In this document: in pieces, positions 25,757 to 35,235 of the stretch | Layout of the letters: every line of letters starts with the position of its first letter | Position numbering within the stretch: the first letter of the stretch is position 1 | Assembly: GCA_024639975.1 (NCBI GenBank) | Contig: JAHEFX010000001.1 | Span: 1,460 to 65,459, forward strand | Length of the DNA stretch: 64,000 nt | Source of the DNA: a bacterium | Lineage (GTDB): Bacteria > Actinomycetota > Acidimicrobiia > Spongiisociales > JAENVV01 | Direction: 5' to 3' | Notes under the pieces: model-generated | The model's database searches: none | The model's input: only the letters and a program-made list of their open reading frames with translations | What the model was told of the DNA's origin: nothing | Program-made: the position numbers and the translations under genes

Positions 25757-28700
25757 GTGATCGAATGCACATATGATTCCCGTACCGGTCACCCCCGTGG
25801 CCGGTTCAACACTCCTTCGAGAGGTCGTTCCGTGGTCCACTTCGTCAACCTCCTTTCCGGTGCCGTCCGCCGGTTCCCCTGGCCGACGATCGTCGCCGTC
25901 CTGGTGCTGTTCTTCGTCCTCAGCGCGTTCATCCCACAGGCGCAGACGGCCACGCAGAATGAGGGTTTCGCTCCGGACGCGCCCGAGCTGACGGCCTCCG
26001 AGGACATTTCAGAGCTCTTCGGCGAGGACACCGGCGGCACGGTCATGCAGGTCGTCATCACGTCGGAGGGCGGTGACGTCGTCACGGCCGAAGGCCTCGA
26101 GACGGTCGAGACGGTCACCCGGGTCCTCGAGGATTCCGAGCTCGCCGTCGACCTCCAGGACTCGGGCCAGGGGTCGGTCGTCTCCTTCCTCGCCCCGGTC
26201 CAGCCGACCGACACGGGTATGGGTCCGGCGGCACAGATCGTCGTCTCCACCGACGGTGGTGACGTCTTCACGCCCGAGGGACTCCAGGTCGTCACCGACG
26301 TCCTCGACGTGGCCACGGCCGAGGTCGGACCGAAGTTGGACACGGAGGCCCCAACCGGCCCGGCCAGCTCCTTCCTCACTCCGGTGCTCGCAGCAGGTGC
26401 CCAGGGACCGTCGGCCCAAGTCGTCATCGCCAACCCGGGCGGCGACGTCATGACCAGCGAGGGCCTGCAGGCGTCGCTCGCGCTCCAGCAGGCCGTGTTC
26501 CAGTCCCCGCTGGCCGCCAAGCTCCCCCAGACAGAGTTCCCGCCGCCTTCCTCCTCGTTCATGACGCCGGTCGAGTTCGCCGTCCAGCAGGGCCAGGTCC
26601 CACCGACCGCGCCGACGGACGTGGTCAAGCAGGCGTGGGTCGGGGCGTTCGCCGCCCTGCCGGGCGAAGCCACGGAGTTCATTCCCTTCCTGATCTCGAA
26701 CGACCAGGACCTGTCGGTCCCGTCGGCCGAGCAGGGCCTGGTCGCTTTCACCCTCACGGAGCCCTTCACCACGGACGAGGAAGCAGCGTTCGCCGAGATC
26801 GTCGGCTCGATCCCCCTCGCCGACGGGTACACCGCCACCTACCTGCCTGCTGTCCCGACCGACGCCGAGACCCTCAAGGCGACCTATCTCGCCCGCACCG
26901 CCTTCCTCCCGGCGGAGGCGACCGAGTTCCTCCCATTCCTGTCCTCGAACGAAGGCGACGTCTCCGTCCCGGAAGCCGAGAAGGGCCTGGTCGTGCTCAG
27001 CCTGACCGAGGACCTGACCGCCGACGAGTCACGTGCCCTGTCGGATGCGCTGTCCGGCATCGAGACGCCGAGCGGCTTCACGGTGGGATACCTGCCGGTC
27101 GAGCCGACCACCGAGCAGCTCAAGCAGGCCTACTCCGACAACCTCGCCTTCATCCCCGCCGAGTTCGCCGGTCAGGTGACCGGGTTGCTCTCCGACGACG
27201 CAGACACCGATGCCGTGACGGCCTCTTCGGGACTGATGATCGTCTTCCTCGATGCAGGTGACACCGAAGACGAGTTCCTCGAGGCCGGCTTCCGCCAGGC
27301 TGCTTTTGCCGAGGACCTCGCCGCCGCCGAGCTCCCGGAGGGCTATTCGGCCGGGGCCTTCTCCCTTGGCCTGATCTTCTCGTCGACCGGCGACTTCACC
27401 GATGAGATCGCTCGGATGTTCGGCCTCGCCTTTGCCATCATCATCGTGGTCCTGCTCTTCAACTTCTGGGTCCGCGTCCGCGGTGCCGGTGGGACGCGGC
27501 GGGCGGTTCGCCGGACGCTGGCCGACACGTTCCTCACCCTCCTCACGATCATCATCGCCATCGCCTGGATGCAGGGGATCGGCGTGTTGCTCGGCCCCGA
27601 CTACCTGGGCGTGATCGGGCCCTTCAACGAGCTGGTCCAGATCCTGCCGATCCTGATCATCGGCCTCGGCGTCGACTACGGGATCCACATGACCTCCCGC
27701 TACCGGGAGGAGATCACTGCCGGCAATGACGTCTCGGAATCGGTCCGCCACTCGATCCGCACGGTCGGCGTGGCACTGGTCCTGGCGACCCTCACCACCG
27801 TCGTCGGCTTCCTCACGAACCTCATCAGCCCGGTCCCCGCCCTGGCCGAGTTCGGGATCATCGCCTCGGTCGGCATCGTCTCGGCCTTCATCCTGATGCT
27901 CACATTCGTCCCCGCCGTCCGACTCCTGCTCGACCGTCGGGCGGAGCGCAAGGGACGCCTCGACGCCGAGACCTTCGACCTCGACGCCAACCCCGGCTTC
28001 GTGTGGCCGTTCGTGATCGGCGCCGTCTCCGGTGTTGCTGCGTACCTCGCCTCTGCGCTCTTGGAGTCGGGGATCTCCGGAGAGGCATTCGCCGTGGATA
28101 CGACCCGATTGGTCGTGTTCGCGGTTCTCGGTGCCTTCGTCGGGGTCGTGCTCATGCAGCTGCCCAGCATCACCGGCGGTATCTCGGTGGTTGCCGAGAA
28201 GTTCGCCTGGGGTGTCGTGATCGTTGCCCTCGTCCTCGCCGGCGTCGGCGAGTTCGGCCGCCAGCAACTGGAGACGTCGTTCAACTTCGCCGACTTCCTC
28301 CCCACCGACAGCCCGGTCGTCGAGACGCTCGACGTGATCACCGAGGACTTCGGAGGCGGCTTCGGGGAGACCACGAGCGTCCTCGTCGGGAACGTGGGCC
28401 AGGACATCGCCACCGCCGAGGCACACAACGCCCAGGTCGACGCCTGGGACAACCTCGAGGACACCCCCGACGTGACCCAGTTCGGCGGGAACCCCGCCGT
28501 CAACATCTCGGTCGTGGCCCTGCTCGAGGAGCTCTCCGATCCCCAGTCCGCGGTCTTCAGCCCCGAGTTCGGACCGGCCGCCGCCGAACTGGGCCTGGCC
28601 GACGACCTGCGGGTTGCCGACGGGACCGACGTGGTGGCCCTGTACGACCTCGCCACGGAGCACGCTCCCGACGTGGCGGCGACCACCATCCACGCCGCCG

Positions 28701-29431
28701 ACGGCGGCGGGTACGACGCAGCCCAGTGGGTCATCAACACGAGTGCAGGCAGCGACGGCGCGTCCGATCTCCGGGATGCCCTCAAGGACGACTTCGCTCC
28801 GGTCACCGATACAGGCGTCGATGCCATCCCGACTTCGGAGAACATCGTCTCCGCAGCCGTCGTGGACGCACTTGCGGCGTCCCAGCTCTCATCGTTGCTG
28901 CTGACGTTGGGGGCCGCGACCCTGTTGCTGGTCGTCAACTTCTGGATCGAGGCCCGCCGCCCGCTCCTCGGCGTGCTGACGATGCTTCCCGTTGCCATCG
29001 TCGTGCTCCAGGTGTTCGGCATGATGGCCGCCCGAGGCATCCCCTTCGGTCCGGTCACGGCCACCATCTCGGCCCTCGCGGTCGGTATCGGAGTGCCGTT
29101 CACCATCCACATCACCCACCGCTTCCTCGAGGACCGGGTGCGCATGGAGTCGACCGAGGCGGCGATACGGTCGACCGTTCGTCACACCGGCGCGGCCCTT
29201 GCCGGAGCGGCGTTCACCACGATGGCCGGTTTTGGTTCGCTCGTGACGTCGACGCTCAAGCCCTTCCAGCAGTTCGGGGAGGTCACATTCTGGGCGATCC
29301 TGTTCGCCCTCGTGAACTCGCTGGTCGTCCTGCCGGCGATGCTCGTCATCTGGGACCGCTACCACCGCCGGCGCGGCGACGCGCTCGTCGATCCGGCGGC
29401 CGTCGAGGGTGCCCTGGGCCTCGAGGGCTGA
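25757..29431 (+). CDS. MMPL/RND-superfamily transporter (~1200 aa) with large repeat-containing extracytoplasmic domains
   Basis: Two 6-TM MMPL blocks (…ILPILIIGLGVDYGIHMTSRYREE… and …LAVGIGVPFTIHITHRFLE…). The N-terminal periplasmic domain holds internal ~40-aa repeats (…QVVITSEGGDVVTAEGLETV…, …QIVVSTDGGDVFTPEGLQVV…, …QVVIANPGGDVMTSEGLQAS…) and a ~80-aa duplicated segment (EATEFIPFLISNDQDLSVPSAEQGLV… / EATEFLPFLSSNEGDVSVPEAEKGLV…). The real start may be a downstream GTG (~25835). Confidence 0.75.
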   Translation: MIECTYDSRTGHPRGRFNTPSRGRSVVHFVNLLSGAVRRFPWPTIVAVLVLFFVLSAFIPQAQTATQNEGFAPDAPELTASEDISELFGEDTGGTVMQVVITSEGGDVVTAEGLETVETVTRVLEDSELAVDLQDSGQGSVVSFLAPVQPTDTGMGPAAQIVVSTDGGDVFTPEGLQVVTDVLDVATAEVGPKLDTEAPTGPASSFLTPVLAAGAQGPSAQVVIANPGGDVMTSEGLQASLALQQAVFQSPLAAKLPQTEFPPPSSSFMTPVEFAVQQGQVPPTAPTDVVKQAWVGAFAALPGEATEFIPFLISNDQDLSVPSAEQGLVAFTLTEPFTTDEEAAFAEIVGSIPLADGYTATYLPAVPTDAETLKATYLARTAFLPAEATEFLPFLSSNEGDVSVPEAEKGLVVLSLTEDLTADESRALSDALSGIETPSGFTVGYLPVEPTTEQLKQAYSDNLAFIPAEFAGQVTGLLSDDADTDAVTASSGLMIVFLDAGDTEDEFLEAGFRQAAFAEDLAAAELPEGYSAGAFSLGLIFSSTGDFTDEIARMFGLAFAIIIVVLLFNFWVRVRGAGGTRRAVRRTLADTFLTLLTIIIAIAWMQGIGVLLGPDYLGVIGPFNELVQILPILIIGLGVDYGIHMTSRYREEITAGNDVSESVRHSIRTVGVALVLATLTTVVGFLTNLISPVPALAEFGIIASVGIVSAFILMLTFVPAVRLLLDRRAERKGRLDAETFDLDANPGFVWPFVIGAVSGVAAYLASALLESGISGEAFAVDTTRLVVFAVLGAFVGVVLMQLPSITGGISVVAEKFAWGVVIVALVLAGVGEFGRQQLETSFNFADFLPTDSPVVETLDVITEDFGGGFGETTSVLVGNVGQDIATAEAHNAQVDAWDNLEDTPDVTQFGGNPAVNISVVALLEELSDPQSAVFSPEFGPAAAELGLADDLRVADGTDVVALYDLATEHAPDVAATTIHAADGGGYDAAQWVINTSAGSDGASDLRDALKDDFAPVTDTGVDAIPTSENIVSAAVVDALAASQLSSLLLTLGAATLLLVVNFWIEARRPLLGVLTMLPVAIVVLQVFGMMAARGIPFGPVTATISALAVGIGVPFTIHITHRFLEDRVRMESTEAAIRSTVRHTGAALAGAAFTTMAGFGSLVTSTLKPFQQFGEVTFWAILFALVNSLVVLPAMLVIWDRYHRRRGDALVDPAAVEGALGLEG

Positions 29432-29504
29432 GCAACTCCGTTTCTCGGACCGTGTCGTGGGGGCCTCCGGGCCCCCACGAACGTTCGTTGGGTAGCGTCG
29501 GCCC

Positions 29505-30074
29505 ATGGCACGAACCTCTCGCGAAGACGTGATCGCCGCCGCCGGCCGGCTCTTCGCCGACCGCGGTTTCCACGGCACGTCCATGCGGGACCTCGGCGAC
29601 GAGCTGGGCCTGCTCGGGTCGTCGCTCTACTCACATGTCTCCAGCAAGGAGGAGCTGCTCGTCGAGGTGATTGCGCGGGGCGCGGCCAAGTTCGACGAGG
29701 CGGCGGCTGCCGCCCGTGCCGGGGACGCTTCGGTCGCGGAAGTCATACGCCGGCTCGTAGCCGGCCACGTGGACGTCCTCGTCGAGCATGCCAGCGAGGC
29801 GCGCACCTTCCTCGACGAGGCCCGATACCTAGAGACAGAGGAGCGGGACAAGGCCATCGCCATGCGCGACAACTACGAAGGGGTCTGGCGCAAGGTCATC
29901 GCCGACGGCGTCGAAGGGGGCGAACTGCGGCAGGTGGACCCCGTCCTGGGGTCGATCTTCGCCCTCTCGACGCTGAACGCGTTGGTGCGTTGGTACGACC
30001 CCGCTGGCCGGCTCTCCAAGGGGGAGCTCGCCGACGACATCGCTGCCTACGTGCTCGAGGGGCTCGGCGCGTAG
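29505..30074 (+). CDS. TetR-family transcriptional regulator
   Basis: HTH FHGTSMRDLGDELGLLGSSLYSHVSSKEEL. 189 aa. Confidence 0.75.
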   Translation: MARTSREDVIAAAGRLFADRGFHGTSMRDLGDELGLLGSSLYSHVSSKEELLVEVIARGAAKFDEAAAAARAGDASVAEVIRRLVAGHVDVLVEHASEARTFLDEARYLETEERDKAIAMRDNYEGVWRKVIADGVEGGELRQVDPVLGSIFALSTLNALVRWYDPAGRLSKGELADDIAAYVLEGLGA

Positions 30075-30094
30075 CTTCGGGACCAGGAGGAAAC

Positions 30095-30505
30095 ATGCCA
30101 ACACTCGAACACTTCTGCACGATCGAGGGAACGATGCCCGCCACGGTGATCGGCCCGACGCCCGACGGGTTCCGGGTCGACTTCCCTTTCGAAGGCACGG
30201 CGACCGGTCCGCACTGGGAGGGTGAGATCCCCGTGGTCGGTACCGACCATGCCCGGGTGCGCAAGGACGGCACCGTGGTGCTCGACATCACCGCCCGGAT
30301 GGGAGAAGGGCCCGACACGGTCTTCTACAGGGCCAATGGCATCGCCCTGCCCACCGAGAACCGTGGTGACGCCGACCCCCAGGAGCTCCTCACCTTCGAG
30401 ACGGGCTCGGAGTCCCTCGCCTTCCTCAACCGGTCAATCGGCGTCGCCTTCGGCCAATCCCGTGGCCCCAGACTGAACCTCGAGGTCTACCTGGCGAAAG
30501 CCTGA
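30095..30505 (+). CDS. DUF3237-family small protein
   Basis: ATG 30095 preceded by AGGAGG. 136 aa, beta-rich. The track ORF start at 29990 overlaps the TetR gene. Confidence 0.45.
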   Translation: MPTLEHFCTIEGTMPATVIGPTPDGFRVDFPFEGTATGPHWEGEIPVVGTDHARVRKDGTVVLDITARMGEGPDTVFYRANGIALPTENRGDADPQELLTFETGSESLAFLNRSIGVAFGQSRGPRLNLEVYLAKA

Positions 30506-30589
30506 CGGCTCCTGCCGTCAGCCGATACCGAGTGCCGGCGCCCACGATCGTTCGACCACGTCAGTCGCCGGTACCCCAGTACTTGCCCG

Positions 30590-31369
30590 TCAGGATCCCA
30601 AGCCTCGGAACCGTGGCTTTCGTTTCTCCAAGAACGCGGTGACCGCCTCCAGGTGCTCGGGGCGGAGCCCCATCTCACCCTGCAGTCGCATCTCCTCGGC
30701 CAGGACCTCGGGCAGTGCATGACTCGACCCGAAATCGAGGAGTTGGCGGGTGGCGACGTAGGCGGCGGTCGGGCCGTCTGCCAGCTCGGCACCCCAGGCG
30801 ATCGCGTCGTCCACGACGTTCCTTTCGGAGGATCGATGGGCCAATCCGATCTCGACCGCCTCGTCGGCGGGGACCCGGCGTCCCGAGTAGGCGATCTCCA
30901 TGGCCCGGGAGAGGCCGACGAGTCGGGGGAGTGACCAGGGTGTCCCGGAGTCGGGGATGACGGCGACGTTGATGAATGCCGACATGAAGTAGGCGTCTGC
31001 GTGGACGACCCGCAGGTCGCAGGCGAGTGCAATCCCCATCCCCGCTCCCGCCGCCGCACCGTTGATCGCGCCGATCGTCGGGACGCGCGCGCCATGCAGG
31101 GCTTCGATGATCGGGTTGAAGACGTCCCGGATGGTGGCGGCGAGGTCGGGCTCACCGCGGTCGTACTCCTCCTTGAGGCTGAGTAGGTCCACTCCCGACG
31201 AGAAGGCCCGGCCCTCCCCGGTGAGGACCAGGGCCCGGGCTTCGTCCCCGGCCTGCTCCACATGGGAGATGAGCGATCGGCTCGTGGCCGGGTCGACGGC
31301 GTTGAACTTGTCGGGTCGGTCGATGGTGACGACGGCGACGTCGCCGTCGAGGCGGTAGGTCGTGGCCAT
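30590..31369 (-). CDS. Enoyl-CoA hydratase/isomerase (crotonase) family protein
   Basis: Crotonase fold with oxyanion region AINGAAAGAGMGIALACDLRV. 259 aa. Confidence 0.8.
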   Translation of the reverse strand: MATTYRLDGDVAVVTIDRPDKFNAVDPATSRSLISHVEQAGDEARALVLTGEGRAFSSGVDLLSLKEEYDRGEPDLAATIRDVFNPIIEALHGARVPTIGAINGAAAGAGMGIALACDLRVVHADAYFMSAFINVAVIPDSGTPWSLPRLVGLSRAMEIAYSGRRVPADEAVEIGLAHRSSERNVVDDAIAWGAELADGPTAAYVATRQLLDFGSSHALPEVLAEEMRLQGEMGLRPEHLEAVTAFLEKRKPRFRGLGS

Positions 31370-31408
31370 GGGACGACGCTACGCGGCCGATCCGTAGGCT
31401 GGCCGACG

Positions 31409-32161
31409 ATGAAACCCGTTCTCGAGAGGGAGACCCCGTTCGCCGCCGCCCATCGAGGGTCACGCATCCTCTGGCCGGAGAACACCATGCCGGCATTCCA
31501 GGGTGCCTACGACATGGGCTACCGGGTGATCGAGACGGACCTCCATGCGACCTCCGACGGGGTGCTCGTCACCTTCCACGACCCGACGCTCGACCGGTGC
31601 ACCGATCGCTCGGGCCGGGTCGTCGACCACTCGCTGGCCGACCTCGCCGGGGTCGATGCCGCCCACCACTTCTCCGGTTGGGAGGAATCCGTGGCGATCC
31701 CCACCTTCGAGGAGGTCGTCGCCGCATTCCCGGACGCCGCGTTCATCCTCGACATGAAGGCGCCCGACCTCGAGCAGCTCCTTGCAGATGCGATCGCAAC
31801 CCACGACCTCTGGGACCGCGTGATCGTCGGCTCCTTCTCGGATGGGCGGACGCGGCGGTTCCGGGAGCTGACCGGTGGGCGAGTTGCAACGTCGTCCGGC
31901 ACCCGTGAGACGATCGCCGTCCGGGTCCGGTCATGGCTGGGCCGACCATCGGCGAGCCCAGCCGACGTCTTCCAGGTCCCCGTGAAGCAGGGCATCACCG
32001 TCGTCGACGAGCGGTTCGTCGAGGCCGCCCACCGGGCCGGCAAGCATGTCCACGTGTGGACGATCGATGAAGAGGCCGAGATGCGGCGGCTCCTCGACCT
32101 GGGTGTCGACGGCCTCATCACCGATCGCCCGGACACCTTGAAGCAGGTGCTCGGTCGCTGA
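31409..32161 (+). CDS. Glycerophosphodiester phosphodiesterase (GDPD family)
   Basis: AHRGSRILWPENTMPAF (HRG…ENT catalytic motif) and IETDLHATSDGVLV. Start at the internal ATG 31409. Confidence 0.75.
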   Translation: MKPVLERETPFAAAHRGSRILWPENTMPAFQGAYDMGYRVIETDLHATSDGVLVTFHDPTLDRCTDRSGRVVDHSLADLAGVDAAHHFSGWEESVAIPTFEEVVAAFPDAAFILDMKAPDLEQLLADAIATHDLWDRVIVGSFSDGRTRRFRELTGGRVATSSGTRETIAVRVRSWLGRPSASPADVFQVPVKQGITVVDERFVEAAHRAGKHVHVWTIDEEAEMRRLLDLGVDGLITDRPDTLKQVLGR

Positions 32162-32181
32162 TTCGGCTCCCGGCGAATCAA

Positions 32182-32484
32182 TTGCCTAGAATTTCGGCGA
32201 TGGCCGAATCACAGTCTTCGGTGTTGAAGGCGCTCGCCCACCCGACCCGGCGCGGGATCATTCGCATCCTCCGGGACGGGGATCGCACGGCGGGGGAGCT
32301 CGCCGGCAGGTTCGATGCGGCGCCTTCCACGATGTCTGGGCACTTCTCGGTGCTGAGGAACGCCGGCCTGGTGCAGGGCCGCCGGAACGGCACGACGATC
32401 ACCTACACGCTCAACGTATCGGTTCTGGAGGAGACGCTGATGGCGACGATGGAGTTCCTCGGGATGGGAGCGGCGGATGAATGA
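32182..32484 (+). CDS. ArsR/SmtB-family winged-helix regulator (SdpR-like)
   Basis: VLKALAHPTRRGIIRILRDGDRTAGELAGRF… (HTH_20-like). ~95-100 aa. 8-bp overlap with the following membrane gene. Confidence 0.6.
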   Translation: MPRISAMAESQSSVLKALAHPTRRGIIRILRDGDRTAGELAGRFDAAPSTMSGHFSVLRNAGLVQGRRNGTTITYTLNVSVLEETLMATMEFLGMGAADE

Positions 32485-33160
32485 GGAACGCCAACGGGTC
32501 GTGACCGGACCCACAGCTTGGATCTCATGGGGGCTGGTTGCTGCCGGGTTCCTCGTCGCAGCGTGGGGCATCACCCGGGTACCGGCCGGTGAGCAGATTC
32601 CCATGCACTGGAATGCCGCCGGGGAGGTGGACGGCTATGGCTCGCGCTGGACCCTCCTGTTGACACCGGCAATCGGCGTCTTCGTCGTCGGGTTGGTCTC
32701 GCTGGTCGCGAAGATCGAACCGAGGCGGAAGAACATGGAGGCGTCGATGGTGCCGCTCCGGACGCTCATGGTCTCCATGGCCGCCTTCATGTTCCTGCTG
32801 ACCGTCCTGATCACGATGACCGGACTCGGCCGGGATGTCGACGTCGGATCGTGGATCACGGTCGGTGTCGGCCTGCTGATAGCGGTGATCGGCAACATGC
32901 TCGGCAAGATCCGTTCCACCTACACCTTCGGCGTGCGAACCCCGTGGACCCTCGCCTCGGACCTGTCGTGGATGAAGACCCACCGAGTCATGGGGTTCTC
33001 CTGGGTCGTGATCGGAGTCGCCACGGCCCTGCTCGGCCTCTTCGGGCTGTCGGAGGCGGCCATCTGGGTGCTGCTCGGTGGACTGATCGGGTCCGTCGTG
33101 CTCGGCACCGTCTACTCCTACTTCGTCTGGCGCGACGACCCCGACAAGCGCGACGAGTGA
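32477..33160 (+). CDS. SdpI/YhfL-family membrane protein (DUF1648 + SdpI immunity-like domain)
   Basis: N-terminal DUF1648-like segment (…IPMHWNAAGEVDGYGSRWTLL…) followed by 4 further TM helices. Paired with an ArsR regulator, as in SdpR/SdpI modules. Confidence 0.55.
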   Translation: MNEERQRVVTGPTAWISWGLVAAGFLVAAWGITRVPAGEQIPMHWNAAGEVDGYGSRWTLLLTPAIGVFVVGLVSLVAKIEPRRKNMEASMVPLRTLMVSMAAFMFLLTVLITMTGLGRDVDVGSWITVGVGLLIAVIGNMLGKIRSTYTFGVRTPWTLASDLSWMKTHRVMGFSWVVIGVATALLGLFGLSEAAIWVLLGGLIGSVVLGTVYSYFVWRDDPDKRDE

Positions 33161-34062
33161 TGGCCGACCTCGAGCGGAGCCGCATCGTCATCTTCCTGGC
33201 GGCGACCTTCGGCTTCACCTGGAGCTTCTACGCCGTCATCTGGGCGACGGGCGGCTTGGCCGGGCAGACGATCGTGGCGGGGCTACCGCTCTCGCTCCCG
33301 CTCCTACTCGTCGCCATGTTCGGCCCGGCGTTCGGGAACTTCGTGGCCCGGATCGCGACCAAGGAGGGCTGGGACGACCTTCGGCTCGGATTCAACGGAC
33401 CGGCCAAGGCTTGGGCCGTGGTCTGGCCCGGGATGATCGGCGCCGCGGTGGTCGGAGCGGCGGTCTACTTCCTCGTGTTCCCAGGTGAGTTCGATCCCAG
33501 CCTCTCCGCGTTCGAGGACCAGCTGGGTGAGGCGACCGGCGGCCAGGAGCTCCCGTTCGACGCCTCGGTACTGGTCGTCGTCCAGGTGGCGGCGGCGGTC
33601 CTGTTCGCCCCGTTCATCAACGCGATCCCCGCCTTCGGCGAGGAGTTCGGCTGGCGCGGCTACCTCCAGTGGAAGCTCCGTCCCCTCGGATGGCGACCGA
33701 TGCTCTTGTGGATGGGCGTGATCTGGGGCATCTGGCACTGGCCGATCATCGCCATGGGCTACAACTACGGCGAGGGCTATTGGGGTGCGCCGTGGACAGG
33801 AATGCTGGCATTCCTCGTCTTCACGACCTCCGTGGGAGCGATCCTCGCCTGGTCGGCCGAGGTCACCGGTTCGTCGATCCCCGCGGCCGTGGGCCATGGC
33901 ACGGTCAACGGCATCGCCGGGCTCGGCATCCTGTTCGCTGCATCCAATGACCGTCCGCTGTTGGGACCCGCGACGGTGGGTCTCGTCGCCGGGATCGGCT
34001 TCGTCGGCCTCGCGTGGCTCGTTGCCCGATCGGAACCGGTGGTCCCGGCCGAGAACCGCTGA
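33160..34062 (+). CDS. CPBP-family intramembrane glutamic metalloprotease (CAAX protease / Abi domain)
   Basis: ATG 33160 overlaps the upstream TGA (ATGA). CPBP motifs EEFGWRGYL (EExxxR), a second-motif region, and the His motif AAVGHGTVN. Multi-TM, 300 aa. Confidence 0.7.
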   Translation: MADLERSRIVIFLAATFGFTWSFYAVIWATGGLAGQTIVAGLPLSLPLLLVAMFGPAFGNFVARIATKEGWDDLRLGFNGPAKAWAVVWPGMIGAAVVGAAVYFLVFPGEFDPSLSAFEDQLGEATGGQELPFDASVLVVVQVAAAVLFAPFINAIPAFGEEFGWRGYLQWKLRPLGWRPMLLWMGVIWGIWHWPIIAMGYNYGEGYWGAPWTGMLAFLVFTTSVGAILAWSAEVTGSSIPAAVGHGTVNGIAGLGILFAASNDRPLLGPATVGLVAGIGFVGLAWLVARSEPVVPAENR

Positions 34063-34125
34063 CGAACGCATCGGTGGGTCGGGACCTACCATTCCCGGCC
34101 CACCGCCCAGAACGAAGGAACCATC

Positions 34126-35100
34126 GTGCGCCAACGCGTCTTCTCCGGGATGCAGCCGACCGGCATCGTCCACCTCGGGAACCTCATGGGCGCGCTCACC
34201 AACTGGGCGGCGATGCAGGACGACCACGACTGCATCTACTGCGTCGTCGACCTCCATGCGATCACTGCTCCGTTCGAGCCCGAGGAGATGCGTGCCGCCC
34301 GGACCGACCTTGCGAAGGCGATCATGGCGGTGGGTGTCGATCCTGACCGCAGCCTCCTCTACCGACAGGCCGACGTGCCCGAGCATGTCGAGCTCATGTG
34401 GCTGCTCGGTGTCGATGCGACGATGGGCCCGCTGGGTCGCATGACCCAGTACAAGGAGAAGTCGGACAAGGCGGGCGAGCGCTTCGGGCTCTTCGCCTAC
34501 CCGCTCCTCCAGGCGGCCGACATCCTCATCCACCGGGTGCACGCCGTGCCCGTCGGAGACGACCAGACCCAGCACCTCGAGTTGACACGTGACATCGCCG
34601 AGCGCTTCAACAACCGCTACGGAGAGACCTTCCCGATTCCCGATCGGATCACCCCGCCCGTGGGGGCCCGGGTCAGCTCCTTGCAGGACCCGACCGCCAA
34701 GATGTCGAAGTCGGACCCCAACCCCCATGCCATGGTCGGCGTCTTCGAGGACCCCGACGCGATCATGAAGAAGTTCAAGCGGGCCGTGACCGACTCGGGC
34801 TCGGAGGTTCGATACGACTGGGACGAGAAACCGGGCATCTCGAACCTGCTCGAGATCTTCTCGTTCTTCGACGGCCGCTCCATCGACGATCTGGTCGCCG
34901 AGTACGGCGACCAGATGTATGGCCACCTCAAGGTCGCCGTGGGCGAAGCCGTGGTGGAGGGCCTCCGACCGATCCGCGAGCGCTACGAGGCCCTCGCCGA
35001 TGACGAGGTGGAGGAGATCCTCTCCTCCCATGCCGCCCGAGCCCGGGAGATGGCCCAGTCGACCATCGAAGATGTCAAGCAAGCCATGGGCCTGGCCTAG
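34126..35100 (+). CDS. trpS: Tryptophanyl-tRNA synthetase
   Basis: Class I aaRS: SGMQPTGIVHLGNLMGA (HIGH-like) and AKMSKSDPN (KMSKS). 324 aa. Confidence 0.9.
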   Translation: MRQRVFSGMQPTGIVHLGNLMGALTNWAAMQDDHDCIYCVVDLHAITAPFEPEEMRAARTDLAKAIMAVGVDPDRSLLYRQADVPEHVELMWLLGVDATMGPLGRMTQYKEKSDKAGERFGLFAYPLLQAADILIHRVHAVPVGDDQTQHLELTRDIAERFNNRYGETFPIPDRITPPVGARVSSLQDPTAKMSKSDPNPHAMVGVFEDPDAIMKKFKRAVTDSGSEVRYDWDEKPGISNLLEIFSFFDGRSIDDLVAEYGDQMYGHLKVAVGEAVVEGLRPIRERYEALADDEVEEILSSHAARAREMAQSTIEDVKQAMGLA

Positions 35101-35139
35101 GCGACGCCCGGGGCGGGTCGTACTGGTGCACTGATGACC

Positions 35140-35205
35140 CCCCTCCCGTGGCGGGCGCCGCCCCCGGCGGTGCCATCCCCTCCCGCGGGGGGATCCCTCT
35201 GAAGG
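35140..35205. repeat. Dispersed copy of the hairpin repeat element seen at 19586-19800 (REP-like), between convergent trpS and CPBP genes
   Basis: CCCCCCTCCCGTGGCGGGCGCC…CCATCCCCTCCCGCGGGGGGATCCCTCT resembles the 19586-19649 unit (GGCCCCCCTCCC…CCATCCCCCCTGGCGGGGGGATCTCT). Contains the CCCCnn…GGGGGG palindrome. Confidence 0.6.
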
Positions 35206-35235
35206 GACTCAGGTGCCACTCGGCCGAAGACGGAG

